Under the pieces are notes generated by a model. That model saw only the letters and a list, made by a program, of their open reading frames with translations, ran no database searches and had not been told where the DNA came from. From Melioribacteraceae bacterium (lineage in GTDB: Bacteria; Bacteroidota; Ignavibacteria; Ignavibacteriales; Melioribacteraceae): a stretch of DNA of 64,000 nt. Of the stretch, positions 19,165 to 27,448 are shown piece by piece. The position numbers and the translations under genes are program-made. The stretch lies in NCBI GenBank assembly GCA_036733965.1, contig DAIMZL010000001.1, positions 189,484 through 253,483 of the forward strand, written 5' to 3'. Every line of letters begins with the position of its first letter. Position 1 is the first letter of the stretch.

Positions 19165-20145
19165 ATGGGGGGTGATAATGCACCCTTCAATGAAATATTG
19201 GGAGCAATTGATGCATTAAATGCCAAACAGGATTTAGAAATTATACTTGTTGGTGTTAAAGATGTAATTGAAAAAGAATTAAAAAAACATCAATTTGCTT
19301 CCGATCGTTTAAGCATTATACATGCCGATGAAATAATAGATATGCATGACGTACCTGTAAATGCGGTACGTACTAAAAAAAACTCATCGTTAGTTATAGG
19401 CGCAAACCTAATAAAAGATAATAAAGCAGATGCTTTAGTTAGTGCCGGAAATACCGGAGCAGTTTTAGCAGCATCTACTCTTATTATCGGAAGAATTCCG
19501 GGTTGCGGTCGTCCCACAATAGGTGCTTCTTTTCCCACGTCAACTTCTAAAGTATGTCAAGTTTTTGATGTTGGTGCCAGTGTTGATTCAAAACCAAATC
19601 ACCTTTTAGAATATGCAATAATGGGTACTGTTTTTGCAACAGAAATGTATTCTATTAAAAACCCTACTATTGGGCTGCTTAGTGTTGGTGAAGAAGAGAC
19701 AAAAGGTAACGAAGTTACTTTTGCCGCTCATAAACTTTTAAGCGAATCAGGGCTTAATTTTATTGGTAATGTTGAAGGTCGAGACGTATTAAACGGTAAA
19801 GTAGATATTATTGTTTGTGACGGATTTGTCGGCAATATAATTCTAAAATTCGGCGAAAGCTTTTTGCATTTCCTAAAAGCTCGGTTAAAATTAGTTGCTG
19901 AAAAAAGTTTGATTAATAAATTAAAAATTGGTTTAGTTCGAGGTCTTGTTAAAGAAGCCTTAAGTGATGTTGACTATCAAACTCATGGTGGTGTTCCTTT
20001 GCTTGGAATAAAAGGCGTCTCAATAATCGGTCACGGGTCTTCATCTCCTTTGGCAATTAAAAATATGATTTTGCGTGCCAAAGAAATGTTGGATAAGGAA
20101 TTGATTACTAAATTTAAGGAATCTTTTGAAAAATATGGAAAATAA
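19165..20145 (+). CDS. plsX: Phosphate acyltransferase PlsX
   Basis: MGGDNAP, SAGNTGA and GHGSS motifs. The conserved N-terminal strand (KSRIVIDT) lies in-frame upstream of the first ATG, so the true start may be non-canonical (see findings). Confidence 0.9.
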   Translation: MGGDNAPFNEILGAIDALNAKQDLEIILVGVKDVIEKELKKHQFASDRLSIIHADEIIDMHDVPVNAVRTKKNSSLVIGANLIKDNKADALVSAGNTGAVLAASTLIIGRIPGCGRPTIGASFPTSTSKVCQVFDVGASVDSKPNHLLEYAIMGTVFATEMYSIKNPTIGLLSVGEEETKGNEVTFAAHKLLSESGLNFIGNVEGRDVLNGKVDIIVCDGFVGNIILKFGESFLHFLKARLKLVAEKSLINKLKIGLVRGLVKEALSDVDYQTHGGVPLLGIKGVSIIGHGSSSPLAIKNMILRAKEMLDKELITKFKESFEKYGK

Positions 20146-21130
20146 ATTGACTGCTAAAATTACCGGTGTCGGAATGTATATTCCGGAAAAAGTTTTAGAT
20201 AATAAATATTTTGAAACTTTAGTTGATACAAGTGATGAATGGATAATGACAAGAACCGGTATCAAAGAAAGAAGAATGCTTGAAAACGGTGCAACAAGTA
20301 CTTTGGCTACTCTGGCAGCTAAAGATTTGATAGAAAAACACAATATTGATCCGCTTACTATTGATGTAATTATAGTTGCTACTGTTACACCGGATATGTT
20401 TTTTCCTGCTACTGCTTGTTTAGTACAAGATAATATCGGAGCAAAAAATGCATGGGGTTTTGATTTTTCTGCAGCTTGTAGTGGCTTTCTATTTGCGTTA
20501 GAAACAGGTGCAAATCTTATTCAAAGCGGAAAATATAAAAAAGTTTTGGTTATAGGTGCCGATAAAATGAGTAGTATAACTGATTATACAGATAGAAATA
20601 CTTGTATTCTATTCGGTGATGCCGGCTCGGCAGTTTTATTAGAACCTGATTATGAAGGTTACGGAGTAATAGATTCTTTACTACACGTTGACGGTAGCGG
20701 TAAAGATTACTTGAACATGAAAGGCGGCGGAAGTTTAAATCCCCCTTCACATGACACTGTTAACAATAAAATGCATTATATCTATCAAGACGGAAAAGCT
20801 GTTTTTAAAGTTGCTGTTAAAGGAATGGCAGATATATCTGTTGAAATTATGAATAAAAACAATCTAAAATCTGAAGATGTTGCTTATTTAGTTCCTCATC
20901 AGGCAAATTTAAGAATAATTTCTGCCACAGCAGAACGCATGGGAATAAAAAGCGATCAGGTTATGATAAATATTCATAAATATGGCAATACTACTGCTGC
21001 TACTATTCCGTTATGTTTAACTGAATTTTATAGAGACGGAAAGTTAAAGAAAGGTGATAATTTAGTTCTTGCAGCATTTGGTGCTGGATTTACATGGGGT
21101 TCTATTTTATTAAAATGGAGTCTTGAATAA
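20126..21130 (+). CDS. fabH: 3-oxoacyl-ACP synthase III
   Basis: Active-site AACSGF, HQAN and GNTTAA motifs. Confidence 0.92.
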   Translation: MKNMENKLTAKITGVGMYIPEKVLDNKYFETLVDTSDEWIMTRTGIKERRMLENGATSTLATLAAKDLIEKHNIDPLTIDVIIVATVTPDMFFPATACLVQDNIGAKNAWGFDFSAACSGFLFALETGANLIQSGKYKKVLVIGADKMSSITDYTDRNTCILFGDAGSAVLLEPDYEGYGVIDSLLHVDGSGKDYLNMKGGGSLNPPSHDTVNNKMHYIYQDGKAVFKVAVKGMADISVEIMNKNNLKSEDVAYLVPHQANLRIISATAERMGIKSDQVMINIHKYGNTTAATIPLCLTEFYRDGKLKKGDNLVLAAFGAGFTWGSILLKWSLE

Positions 21131-22044
21131 TGAGCAAAAAAGCATTTATTTTTCCGGGTCAAGGATCTCAATTTGTCGGCATGGCAAAAGATCTTTTTGA
21201 TAATTCGGTTGAAGTCAGAGAAATGGTCAAAACTGCAGACGATGCTATCGGAATCTCTTTATCTCAGATAATGTTTAACGGTCCTGAGGATGCATTAAAA
21301 CAAACTGATGTTACACAACCTTCAATTTTTTTGCATAGTGTTGTTGCTTTTAGTTTGATTAGATTGCTTGAACCGGATGTGGTTGCAGGACATTCGCTTG
21401 GTGAGTATTCAGCATTAGTTGCAGCAAAATCTCTTCAGTTTTATGACGCCGTAAAATTAGTAAGAGTTAGAGGCGAAGCTATGTTACAAGCCGGTATTGA
21501 ACAACCCGGTACTATGGCTGCTATTGTTGGTTTAGAAAGTTCTAAACTTGATGAGATTTGTCTCTTGGCTTCTGAAAGAGGAATTGTTCAGGCAGCTAAT
21601 TATAATTCACCGGGGCAAATTGTAATTTCAGGTTCTGTTGAAGGCGTTAAATATGCAATGGAACTATGTAAATCGGGCGGTGCTAAACTTGTTAAAGAGC
21701 TTGTTGTAAGCGGCGCATTCCATTCGCCTTTAATGAGTAGTGCTAAAGATCGTTTAGTTAATCAAATTAATAATACTCCGTTTTTTGATTCTAAAATTCC
21801 TGTTTATGCAAATGTAACCGCAAAACCTACTTATAAAGCCGATGAAATTAAAGATTTACTTGTTCAACAGCTTACGAAGCCTGTTAGATGGGAAGAGACT
21901 ATTAAAAATATGGTTGCAGACGGAATAGAAGAGTTTTATGAGATTGGACCAGGTAAAGTGTTACAAGGTTTAGTTAAACGTATTGCACCCGAAGCTAAAG
22001 TATTTGGGATTGATAAATATTCCGAGCTTGAAAAATATTTATAA
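21130..22044 (+). CDS. fabD: Malonyl-CoA:ACP transacylase
   Basis: FPGQGSQ, GHSLGEYSAL and GAFHS motifs. ATG overlaps the fabH stop (TAATG). Confidence 0.92.
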   Translation: MSKKAFIFPGQGSQFVGMAKDLFDNSVEVREMVKTADDAIGISLSQIMFNGPEDALKQTDVTQPSIFLHSVVAFSLIRLLEPDVVAGHSLGEYSALVAAKSLQFYDAVKLVRVRGEAMLQAGIEQPGTMAAIVGLESSKLDEICLLASERGIVQAANYNSPGQIVISGSVEGVKYAMELCKSGGAKLVKELVVSGAFHSPLMSSAKDRLVNQINNTPFFDSKIPVYANVTAKPTYKADEIKDLLVQQLTKPVRWEETIKNMVADGIEEFYEIGPGKVLQGLVKRIAPEAKVFGIDKYSELEKYL

Positions 22045-22046
22045 AA

Positions 22047-22634
22047 ATGCGCTTAATTTCAGGTTATTATATTGATACTTTGATATTTGATTATCAATTT
22101 GTGAAAAGTTGCAATATTGATAAGTGCTATGGTGAGTGTTGTTATAACGGAGTATATGCAGATAGAGGTGAAGCAGAATTCATTTTATCGGTACAAAATA
22201 AATTAATTGAAATTATGGATGATTCGCAAACTAAAGATTCAAACTTATGGTTTGAATCTGCAGTAGAAGACACCGATTATGAATCAGGGTTTTGTCAAGG
22301 TACTAATACATATAACAATAAATGTGTATTTTTAGATAAGGTAGGCTTTTGTTCTTTACAAAAATTAGCTTTAAAAGAAAACTTAGATAAGTGGTATTTT
22401 AAACCAAAATATTGTATATTATACCCTTTAACTTTTGTTAATAAAATTATTTCGGTAGATACCGAGAATTTGGATTGTCATTTTAACTGTAATAATTTTA
22501 ATTCCAAAAAAGTTTCGATTATAGAAGCATGTAAAGAAGAATTGAAATATATTTTAGGAGATGAAGGATTTAAGGAATTATTAGAGTATCAAAAAGAGTA
22601 TTTTGAATCAAAAATTACGGAGAAAGTATTTTGA
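22047..22634 (+). CDS. Cys-rich DUF3109-like protein (CxxCxxCC-type metal-binding fold)
   Basis: N-terminal FVKSCNIDKCYGECCYNG cluster plus further Cys (CQG..C, FCSLQ, YCILYP, CHFNC). Size and pattern match DUF3109 as I remember it. Confidence 0.55.
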   Translation: MRLISGYYIDTLIFDYQFVKSCNIDKCYGECCYNGVYADRGEAEFILSVQNKLIEIMDDSQTKDSNLWFESAVEDTDYESGFCQGTNTYNNKCVFLDKVGFCSLQKLALKENLDKWYFKPKYCILYPLTFVNKIISVDTENLDCHFNCNNFNSKKVSIIEACKEELKYILGDEGFKELLEYQKEYFESKITEKVF

Positions 22635-23389
22635 TATTAAAAGATAAAAGAGCAATTGTTACCGGAGGAAGGAGAGGAATAGGTAAAGCAATTGTTAAGG
22701 AATTATTACTTAATGGTTGTAATGTCGTTTTTACTGATATAGTTTTCCAAGATGATAATCCGGAAGCTGAAGCAAATGCGATGTTGGAAGAATTTGGAAT
22801 TAAAGATGTTAAACTTTTTGGTTTTAAAGCAGATGCATCTTCATTAACTGATGCTCAAGCTACGGTTGATTTTGCCGTTGAAAAATTAGGAGGATTAGAC
22901 TTTTTAGTAAATAATGCCGGAATTACCCGAGATAATTTACTGATTAGAATGTCTGAAGATGAATTTGATAAAGTTATAAATGCTAATTTAAAGAGTGTAT
23001 TTAATTATACAAAATGTGCCGTTCGTCCTATGATGACACAAAGATACGGAAAAATTGTTAATATAGCGTCCGTTGTGGGTATTATGGGAAACCCGGGCCA
23101 GGCAAATTATGTAGCTTCAAAGGCAGGTGTAATTGGTATTACAAAATCTAATGCCAAAGAATTTGCATCAAGAAACATAAATATTAATGCAGTTGCTCCC
23201 GGTTTTATTGAAACGGAAATGACAAACAAATTGAACGAAAAACAAAAAGAAGCAATGCTAAGTATAGTACCCTTAAAAAGAATGGGAAAACCTGAAGACG
23301 TTGCAAGAGTCGTAAAATTCTTATTAAGTCCTGATTCGGATTATCTTACAGGTCAAGTTATTCCGATTGACGGCGGAATGGTAATGTAA
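22631..23389 (+). CDS. fabG: 3-oxoacyl-ACP reductase
   Basis: [15 protein letters not shown], the YVASKAG catalytic triad region and a PIDGGM tail. The TTG start overlaps the upstream stop. Confidence 0.92.
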   Translation: MILKDKRAIVTGGRRGIGKAIVKELLLNGCNVVFTDIVFQDDNPEAEANAMLEEFGIKDVKLFGFKADASSLTDAQATVDFAVEKLGGLDFLVNNAGITRDNLLIRMSEDEFDKVINANLKSVFNYTKCAVRPMMTQRYGKIVNIASVVGIMGNPGQANYVASKAGVIGITKSNAKEFASRNININAVAPGFIETEMTNKLNEKQKEAMLSIVPLKRMGKPEDVARVVKFLLSPDSDYLTGQVIPIDGGMVM

Positions 23390-23426
23390 TTAACTAAACA
23401 ATCAACAAATAAAAAAAGGTGATACA

Positions 23427-23660
23427 ATGGATGTTGAAGCAAAAGTAAAAGAAATCATTATGGAAAAACTCGGTGTTGAAGAATCTCAAGTAGTTCCCGA
23501 AGCTTCGTTTACAAACGATTTAGGAGCTGATTCATTAGATACAGTAGAGTTGATTATGGGTTTCGAACAGAGTTTTGGTATTCAAATCCCTGAAAATGAA
23601 GCCGAAAAAATTGCTACTGTCGGCGATGCAGTTAACTTATTAAAAGCAAAATTAGGTTAA
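23427..23660 (+). CDS. acpP: Acyl carrier protein
   Basis: Phosphopantetheine site [23 protein letters not shown]. Confidence 0.95.
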   Translation: MDVEAKVKEIIMEKLGVEESQVVPEASFTNDLGADSLDTVELIMGFEQSFGIQIPENEAEKIATVGDAVNLLKAKLG

Positions 23661-23687
23661 TGCTTAATAGTACAATTTATAATACAA

Positions 23688-23709
23688 GACCACGACTTTT
23701 GTCGTGGTC
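23688..23709 (+). promoter_or_regulatory. GC-rich stem-loop between acpP and fabF
   Basis: GACCACGAC-TTTT-GTCGTGGTC, a perfect 9-bp stem that is conspicuous in AT-rich DNA. No following T-tract, so it is more likely a processing/stability or partial attenuation element than a full terminator. Confidence 0.45.
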
Positions 23710-23738
23710 GTGCATTTATCCAACCGGAGAATTAATTT

Positions 23739-24983
23739 ATGAATAAACGCAGGGTTGTTATTACCGGCATAGGTACTGTAAATCCTATTGGAAATAATAA
23801 ACAAGAGTTTTTTGAAGGTTTACAAGAAGGGCGTAACGGTGCGGGATTATTAACAAAGTTTGATACAACCGAATTTGATACAAAATTTGGTTGTGAAGTG
23901 AAAAATTTTGATCCTACAGTATATATTGATAAAAAAAGTATTCGTAGAATGGATCCTTATACTATTTTTGCGGTTTGTTCTGCAAAAATGGCTGTTGATG
24001 ACGCCAATATTGATCTTGAAACTATCAATAAAGAAAGAGTAGGAGTAGTGTTTGGTAGCGGAATCGGCGGAATGGATACTTTTGAAAAGCAGCATGATGC
24101 TTTTGCTAAAGGCGGTCCAAAAATGATTAGTCCGTTTTTTGTTCCTATGATGATTTCGGATATAGCTGCCGGACAAATATCAATTCAATTTGGATTTAAA
24201 GGTCCAAATTATGCTACAACCAGTGCTTGTGCTACTTCATCTCATGCAATTGCAGATGCTTTTATGCTTATTCAGCGTGGATCGGCAGATATGATGTTAA
24301 CCGGCGGAAGCGAAGCATCGTTAACAAGAATGTCGCTCGGTGGTTTTAATGCATTGCGAGCTATATCTACCTGGAATGATAGGTATATGGAAGCTTCACG
24401 TCCGTTTGATAAAGACCGAAATGGTTTTGTTATGGCGGAAGGCGGTGCTACTTTAGTATTAGAAGAATTAGAACATGCAAAAGCCCGCGGAGCAAAAATT
24501 TATGCCGAATTAGTTGGATGCGGATTATCGGGAGATGCTTATCATTTAACTGCGCCTGCTCCAAACGGCGAAGGTGCTGTGCGATCAATGCGTGAAGCGT
24601 TAAGAGATGCAGGAATAAATCCCGAAGACATAGACTATATTAATGCACATGGTACTTCAACTGAATTAAACGATATTAACGAAACTAAAGCAATAAAAAC
24701 AGTTTTTGGCGAACATGCATATAAAGTTGCAGTAAGTTCTACAAAGTCGATGACAGGACATCTTTTAGGAGCCGCCGGTGCAGTTGAAGCAATTGCTTCT
24801 ATTTTTGCTATTCAAAAACAATTAGTGCCTCCTACAATTAACTTAGATGAACCTGATCCTGAATGTGATTTAAATTATACTCCAAAAGTTGCGGTCAGTC
24901 GTAAAATTGAGTATGTATTAAGTAATACTTTCGGATTTGGCGGACATAATGCTACTTTAATATTCAAAAGGTTTGCCGAATAG
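23739..24983 (+). CDS. fabF: 3-oxoacyl-ACP synthase II
   Basis: Active-site ACATSSHAI, HGTST and GHLLGAAG motifs. GGAG RBS. Confidence 0.93.
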   Translation: MNKRRVVITGIGTVNPIGNNKQEFFEGLQEGRNGAGLLTKFDTTEFDTKFGCEVKNFDPTVYIDKKSIRRMDPYTIFAVCSAKMAVDDANIDLETINKERVGVVFGSGIGGMDTFEKQHDAFAKGGPKMISPFFVPMMISDIAAGQISIQFGFKGPNYATTSACATSSHAIADAFMLIQRGSADMMLTGGSEASLTRMSLGGFNALRAISTWNDRYMEASRPFDKDRNGFVMAEGGATLVLEELEHAKARGAKIYAELVGCGLSGDAYHLTAPAPNGEGAVRSMREALRDAGINPEDIDYINAHGTSTELNDINETKAIKTVFGEHAYKVAVSSTKSMTGHLLGAAGAVEAIASIFAIQKQLVPPTINLDEPDPECDLNYTPKVAVSRKIEYVLSNTFGFGGHNATLIFKRFAE

Positions 24984-24989
24984 ATTTCA

Positions 24990-25772
24990 ATGTATCTTAA
25001 ACATCTCCTTCAATTTTTCTTAAAAAAACGAAACTCTTATAAAGGATTACCTTCCTACTATAAGAGTTTTGATTTATTATCTTTAGAAAAATTGCTTGGA
25101 TATAAGATATACAATCCTTTTATATATATGCAGGCTTTTTCTCATAAATCGTTTGGTGAATTTGCATATAACCATTTGCGAAGTAATGAAAGGTTAGAGT
25201 TTTTAGGAGATTCTGTCTTAAATCTTGTTGTTAGTGAATCTCTTTATTTACGTTTGCCTCATCAAGAAGAAGGTACACTTACAAAAATACGCGCTAATAT
25301 GGTTAAAAAAGAAGCTTTGACGGAAGTTGCTGAAAAACTTAAATTGATCAATTTTTTAATTTATGATAAAAAACTAATTAACGATAGTGATGAAGGAATA
25401 AAAACTATTACAAGCGATGCTGTCGAGGCATTTATAGGAGCAATATTTCTTGATAGAGGTTTTGAGGAAGCAAAAAAGTTTATTCTTAATTATATCGTTT
25501 TACCTAATCTCGGACAAAGTTCATCTTTTATAGATACAAATTTTAAGGGTCAGTTATTAGAGTTTGTTCATTCTAAAAAATTACCTGTTCCTACTTATAA
25601 AGTTGTAAAAGAAGAAGGACCGGAACACGATAAAAGATTTACTATAGACGTTTATCTTAATGAAGAAAAATTTGGCAGCGGGTTTGGAAAAACAAAAAAA
25701 GCTGCCGAACAATTAGCAGCAGAAGAGGCATTAAATCAATTAAAAAACGAGAAGAAATTAATTCTTAGTTAA
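24990..25772 (+). CDS. rnc: Ribonuclease III
   Basis: Signature NERLEFLGDSVL, the DAVEAFIGAI region and a C-terminal dsRBD (GPEHDKRFT...GKTKKAAEQLAAEEAL). Confidence 0.88.
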   Translation: MYLKHLLQFFLKKRNSYKGLPSYYKSFDLLSLEKLLGYKIYNPFIYMQAFSHKSFGEFAYNHLRSNERLEFLGDSVLNLVVSESLYLRLPHQEEGTLTKIRANMVKKEALTEVAEKLKLINFLIYDKKLINDSDEGIKTITSDAVEAFIGAIFLDRGFEEAKKFILNYIVLPNLGQSSSFIDTNFKGQLLEFVHSKKLPVPTYKVVKEEGPEHDKRFTIDVYLNEEKFGSGFGKTKKAAEQLAAEEALNQLKNEKKLILS

Positions 25773-25834
25773 TTTCTATATTTTGTTTTAAGTATAAATT
25801 TTGTATATTTATTTATTGTTTTTTACATATTATT

Positions 25835-25908
25835 CGGAACGTGGCGCAGCCCGGTAGCGTACTTGAATGGGGTTCAAGTGGTCGTGGGTTCAAATCCCAC
25901 CGTTCCGA
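25835..25908 (+). tRNA. tRNA-Pro (anticodon GGG), CCA not encoded
   Basis: Hand-folded cloverleaf. Acceptor CGGAACG/CGTTCCG. D arm GCGC-AGCCCGGTA-GCGT. Anticodon stem CTTGA/TCAAG with loop AT-GGG-GT (G37). Variable loop TGGTC. T arm GTGGG-TTCAAAT-CCCAC. Discriminator A. Confidence 0.9.
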
Positions 25909-25918
25909 CAAAACATAT

Positions 25919-25941
25919 AAGGTACCGTGTGTACCTTTTTT
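25919..25941 (+). terminator. Rho-independent terminator after tRNA-Pro
   Basis: AAGGTAC-CGTGT-GTACCTT, a 7-bp stem followed by TTTT. Confidence 0.6.
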
Positions 25942-25969
25942 ATTATACAAAATAAATTCCCTTTCAATT

Positions 25970-27448
25970 ATGAATAATTTTACTGACAAGCCCAAAGAAT
26001 ATTGCGGAATATTCGGTATTTTCAAATCACAAAATGCAGCTGTTAATACATACTATGGATTACATGCACTTCAGCATAGAGGTCAAGAAGCTTCCGGAAT
26101 TGTTACAAATTCGTTAAATGAAAACGGCAAAAGTGTTTTTAACATTTTTAAAGGATTTGGACTTGTTAACGAGGTTTTTGCAGATGCAAAGATATTTGAT
26201 GAACACTTGCAAGGGTTTTCCGCAATCGGGCACAATAGATATTCAACTACCGGTTCTTCAGAATCAAAAAAGAATATTCAGCCATTTTTAGTAAATTATA
26301 GAATGGGGAATTTGGCTGTTGCGCATAACGGAAATTTAACAAATGCAAAAAAACTAAGAGATGAATTAGTCGAAGACGGATCAATATTTCAGACAACAAG
26401 TGATTCAGAAGTAATTTTACATTTAATTGCCAAAAGCAGATATGAAAAACAAATAGACCAAGTGAAAGAAGCTTTAAGCAAAATTGAAGGAGCATATTGT
26501 TTTGTAATTTTAACAGACGACAAATTAATAGCGGCACGTGATCCGTACGGCTTTAGACCGCTATGTATTGGAAAATACAACGGGTCATATATTATTGCAT
26601 CGGAAACTTGTGCTTTGGATATTCTTGGCGCAGAATATGTTCGCGATGTATTACCGGGTGAAATAGTTGTAATTGATGATGAAGTATTGAAGACAAAAGT
26701 AATTAAAAGTTGCTTTTTTGCAGAAAAAAGGGACGCAAAACATTGTATATTTGAATATATTTACTTCAGCCGTCCGGATAGTAAAATATTTGGTACAAGC
26801 GTAGATAAAATAAGAAGAAAGTTGGGCAAAGTATTAGCCGACAAGTATGAAGTTCGAGACCCGGACGGTGAGAAAGTGATTGTTATTAGCGTTCCGGATA
26901 GCTCTAATACTGCTGCAATCGGATACCAAAACCAACTTGATAAAAAGGGGATTCCGTCAAAACTTGAAATTGGTCTGATAAGAAGTCATTATATTGGCAG
27001 AACGTTTATTTTACCGGGACAACAAAAAAGAGAAATTGGCGTTAGAATTAAATTTAATACTGTAAAAGGTGTATTGGAAAATAAAACAGTTGTTCTTATT
27101 GATGATAGTATTGTACGCGGAACTACTTCAAAGCAATTAATAAGTTTAATTAGAGAGGCCAAACCAAAATCAATTCATTTCCGTGTTTCTTCGGCCCCCA
27201 TTTTATTTCCTTGTTATTATGGAATGGATTTCCCTTCAAAGGATGAATTAATTGCTAATATTTATAATAATAACGTTAATAGAATTGCCGAATATTTAGG
27301 TGTAGATTCTTTGGCTTATATGACTATTGATGATATGCTGGAAGCAATGGTTGATCATAATAAATGTGATTTTTGTACGGCTTGTTTTTCAGGAATCTAT
27401 CCTACTATAATAGATAATAATTTTAACAAATTACAAAATGAAGTGTAG
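25970..27448 (+). CDS. purF: Amidophosphoribosyltransferase
   Basis: An 11-aa propeptide then the catalytic CGIFGIF, an Ntn-glutaminase domain, the PRPP loop VVLIDDSIVRGTT and Fe-S cysteines (CYYG, CDFCTAC). The supplied ORF (25841) runs back through the tRNA and is over-extended. Confidence 0.92.
   Translation: MNNFTDKPKEYCGIFGIFKSQNAAVNTYYGLHALQHRGQEASGIVTNSLNENGKSVFNIFKGFGLVNEVFADAKIFDEHLQGFSAIGHNRYSTTGSSESKKNIQPFLVNYRMGNLAVAHNGNLTNAKKLRDELVEDGSIFQTTSDSEVILHLIAKSRYEKQIDQVKEALSKIEGAYCFVILTDDKLIAARDPYGFRPLCIGKYNGSYIIASETCALDILGAEYVRDVLPGEIVVIDDEVLKTKVIKSCFFAEKRDAKHCIFEYIYFSRPDSKIFGTSVDKIRRKLGKVLADKYEVRDPDGEKVIVISVPDSSNTAAIGYQNQLDKKGIPSKLEIGLIRSHYIGRTFILPGQQKREIGVRIKFNTVKGVLENKTVVLIDDSIVRGTTSKQLISLIREAKPKSIHFRVSSAPILFPCYYGMDFPSKDELIANIYNNNVNRIAEYLGVDSLAYMTIDDMLEAMVDHNKCDFCTACFSGIYPTIIDNNFNKLQNEV

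Noticed and set aside
25841-25969. The supplied 535-aa ORF for purF starts at 25841
   Set aside because: Its first 43 codons read straight through the tRNA-Pro gene and its terminator. The conserved propeptide plus catalytic Cys (MNNFTDKPKEYCGIFG) begins at the ATG at 25970.
25813-26025. 70-aa minus-strand ORF
   Set aside because: It is antisense to the tRNA-Pro and to the purF 5' end. It is an artefact of the GC-rich tRNA lacking stops.
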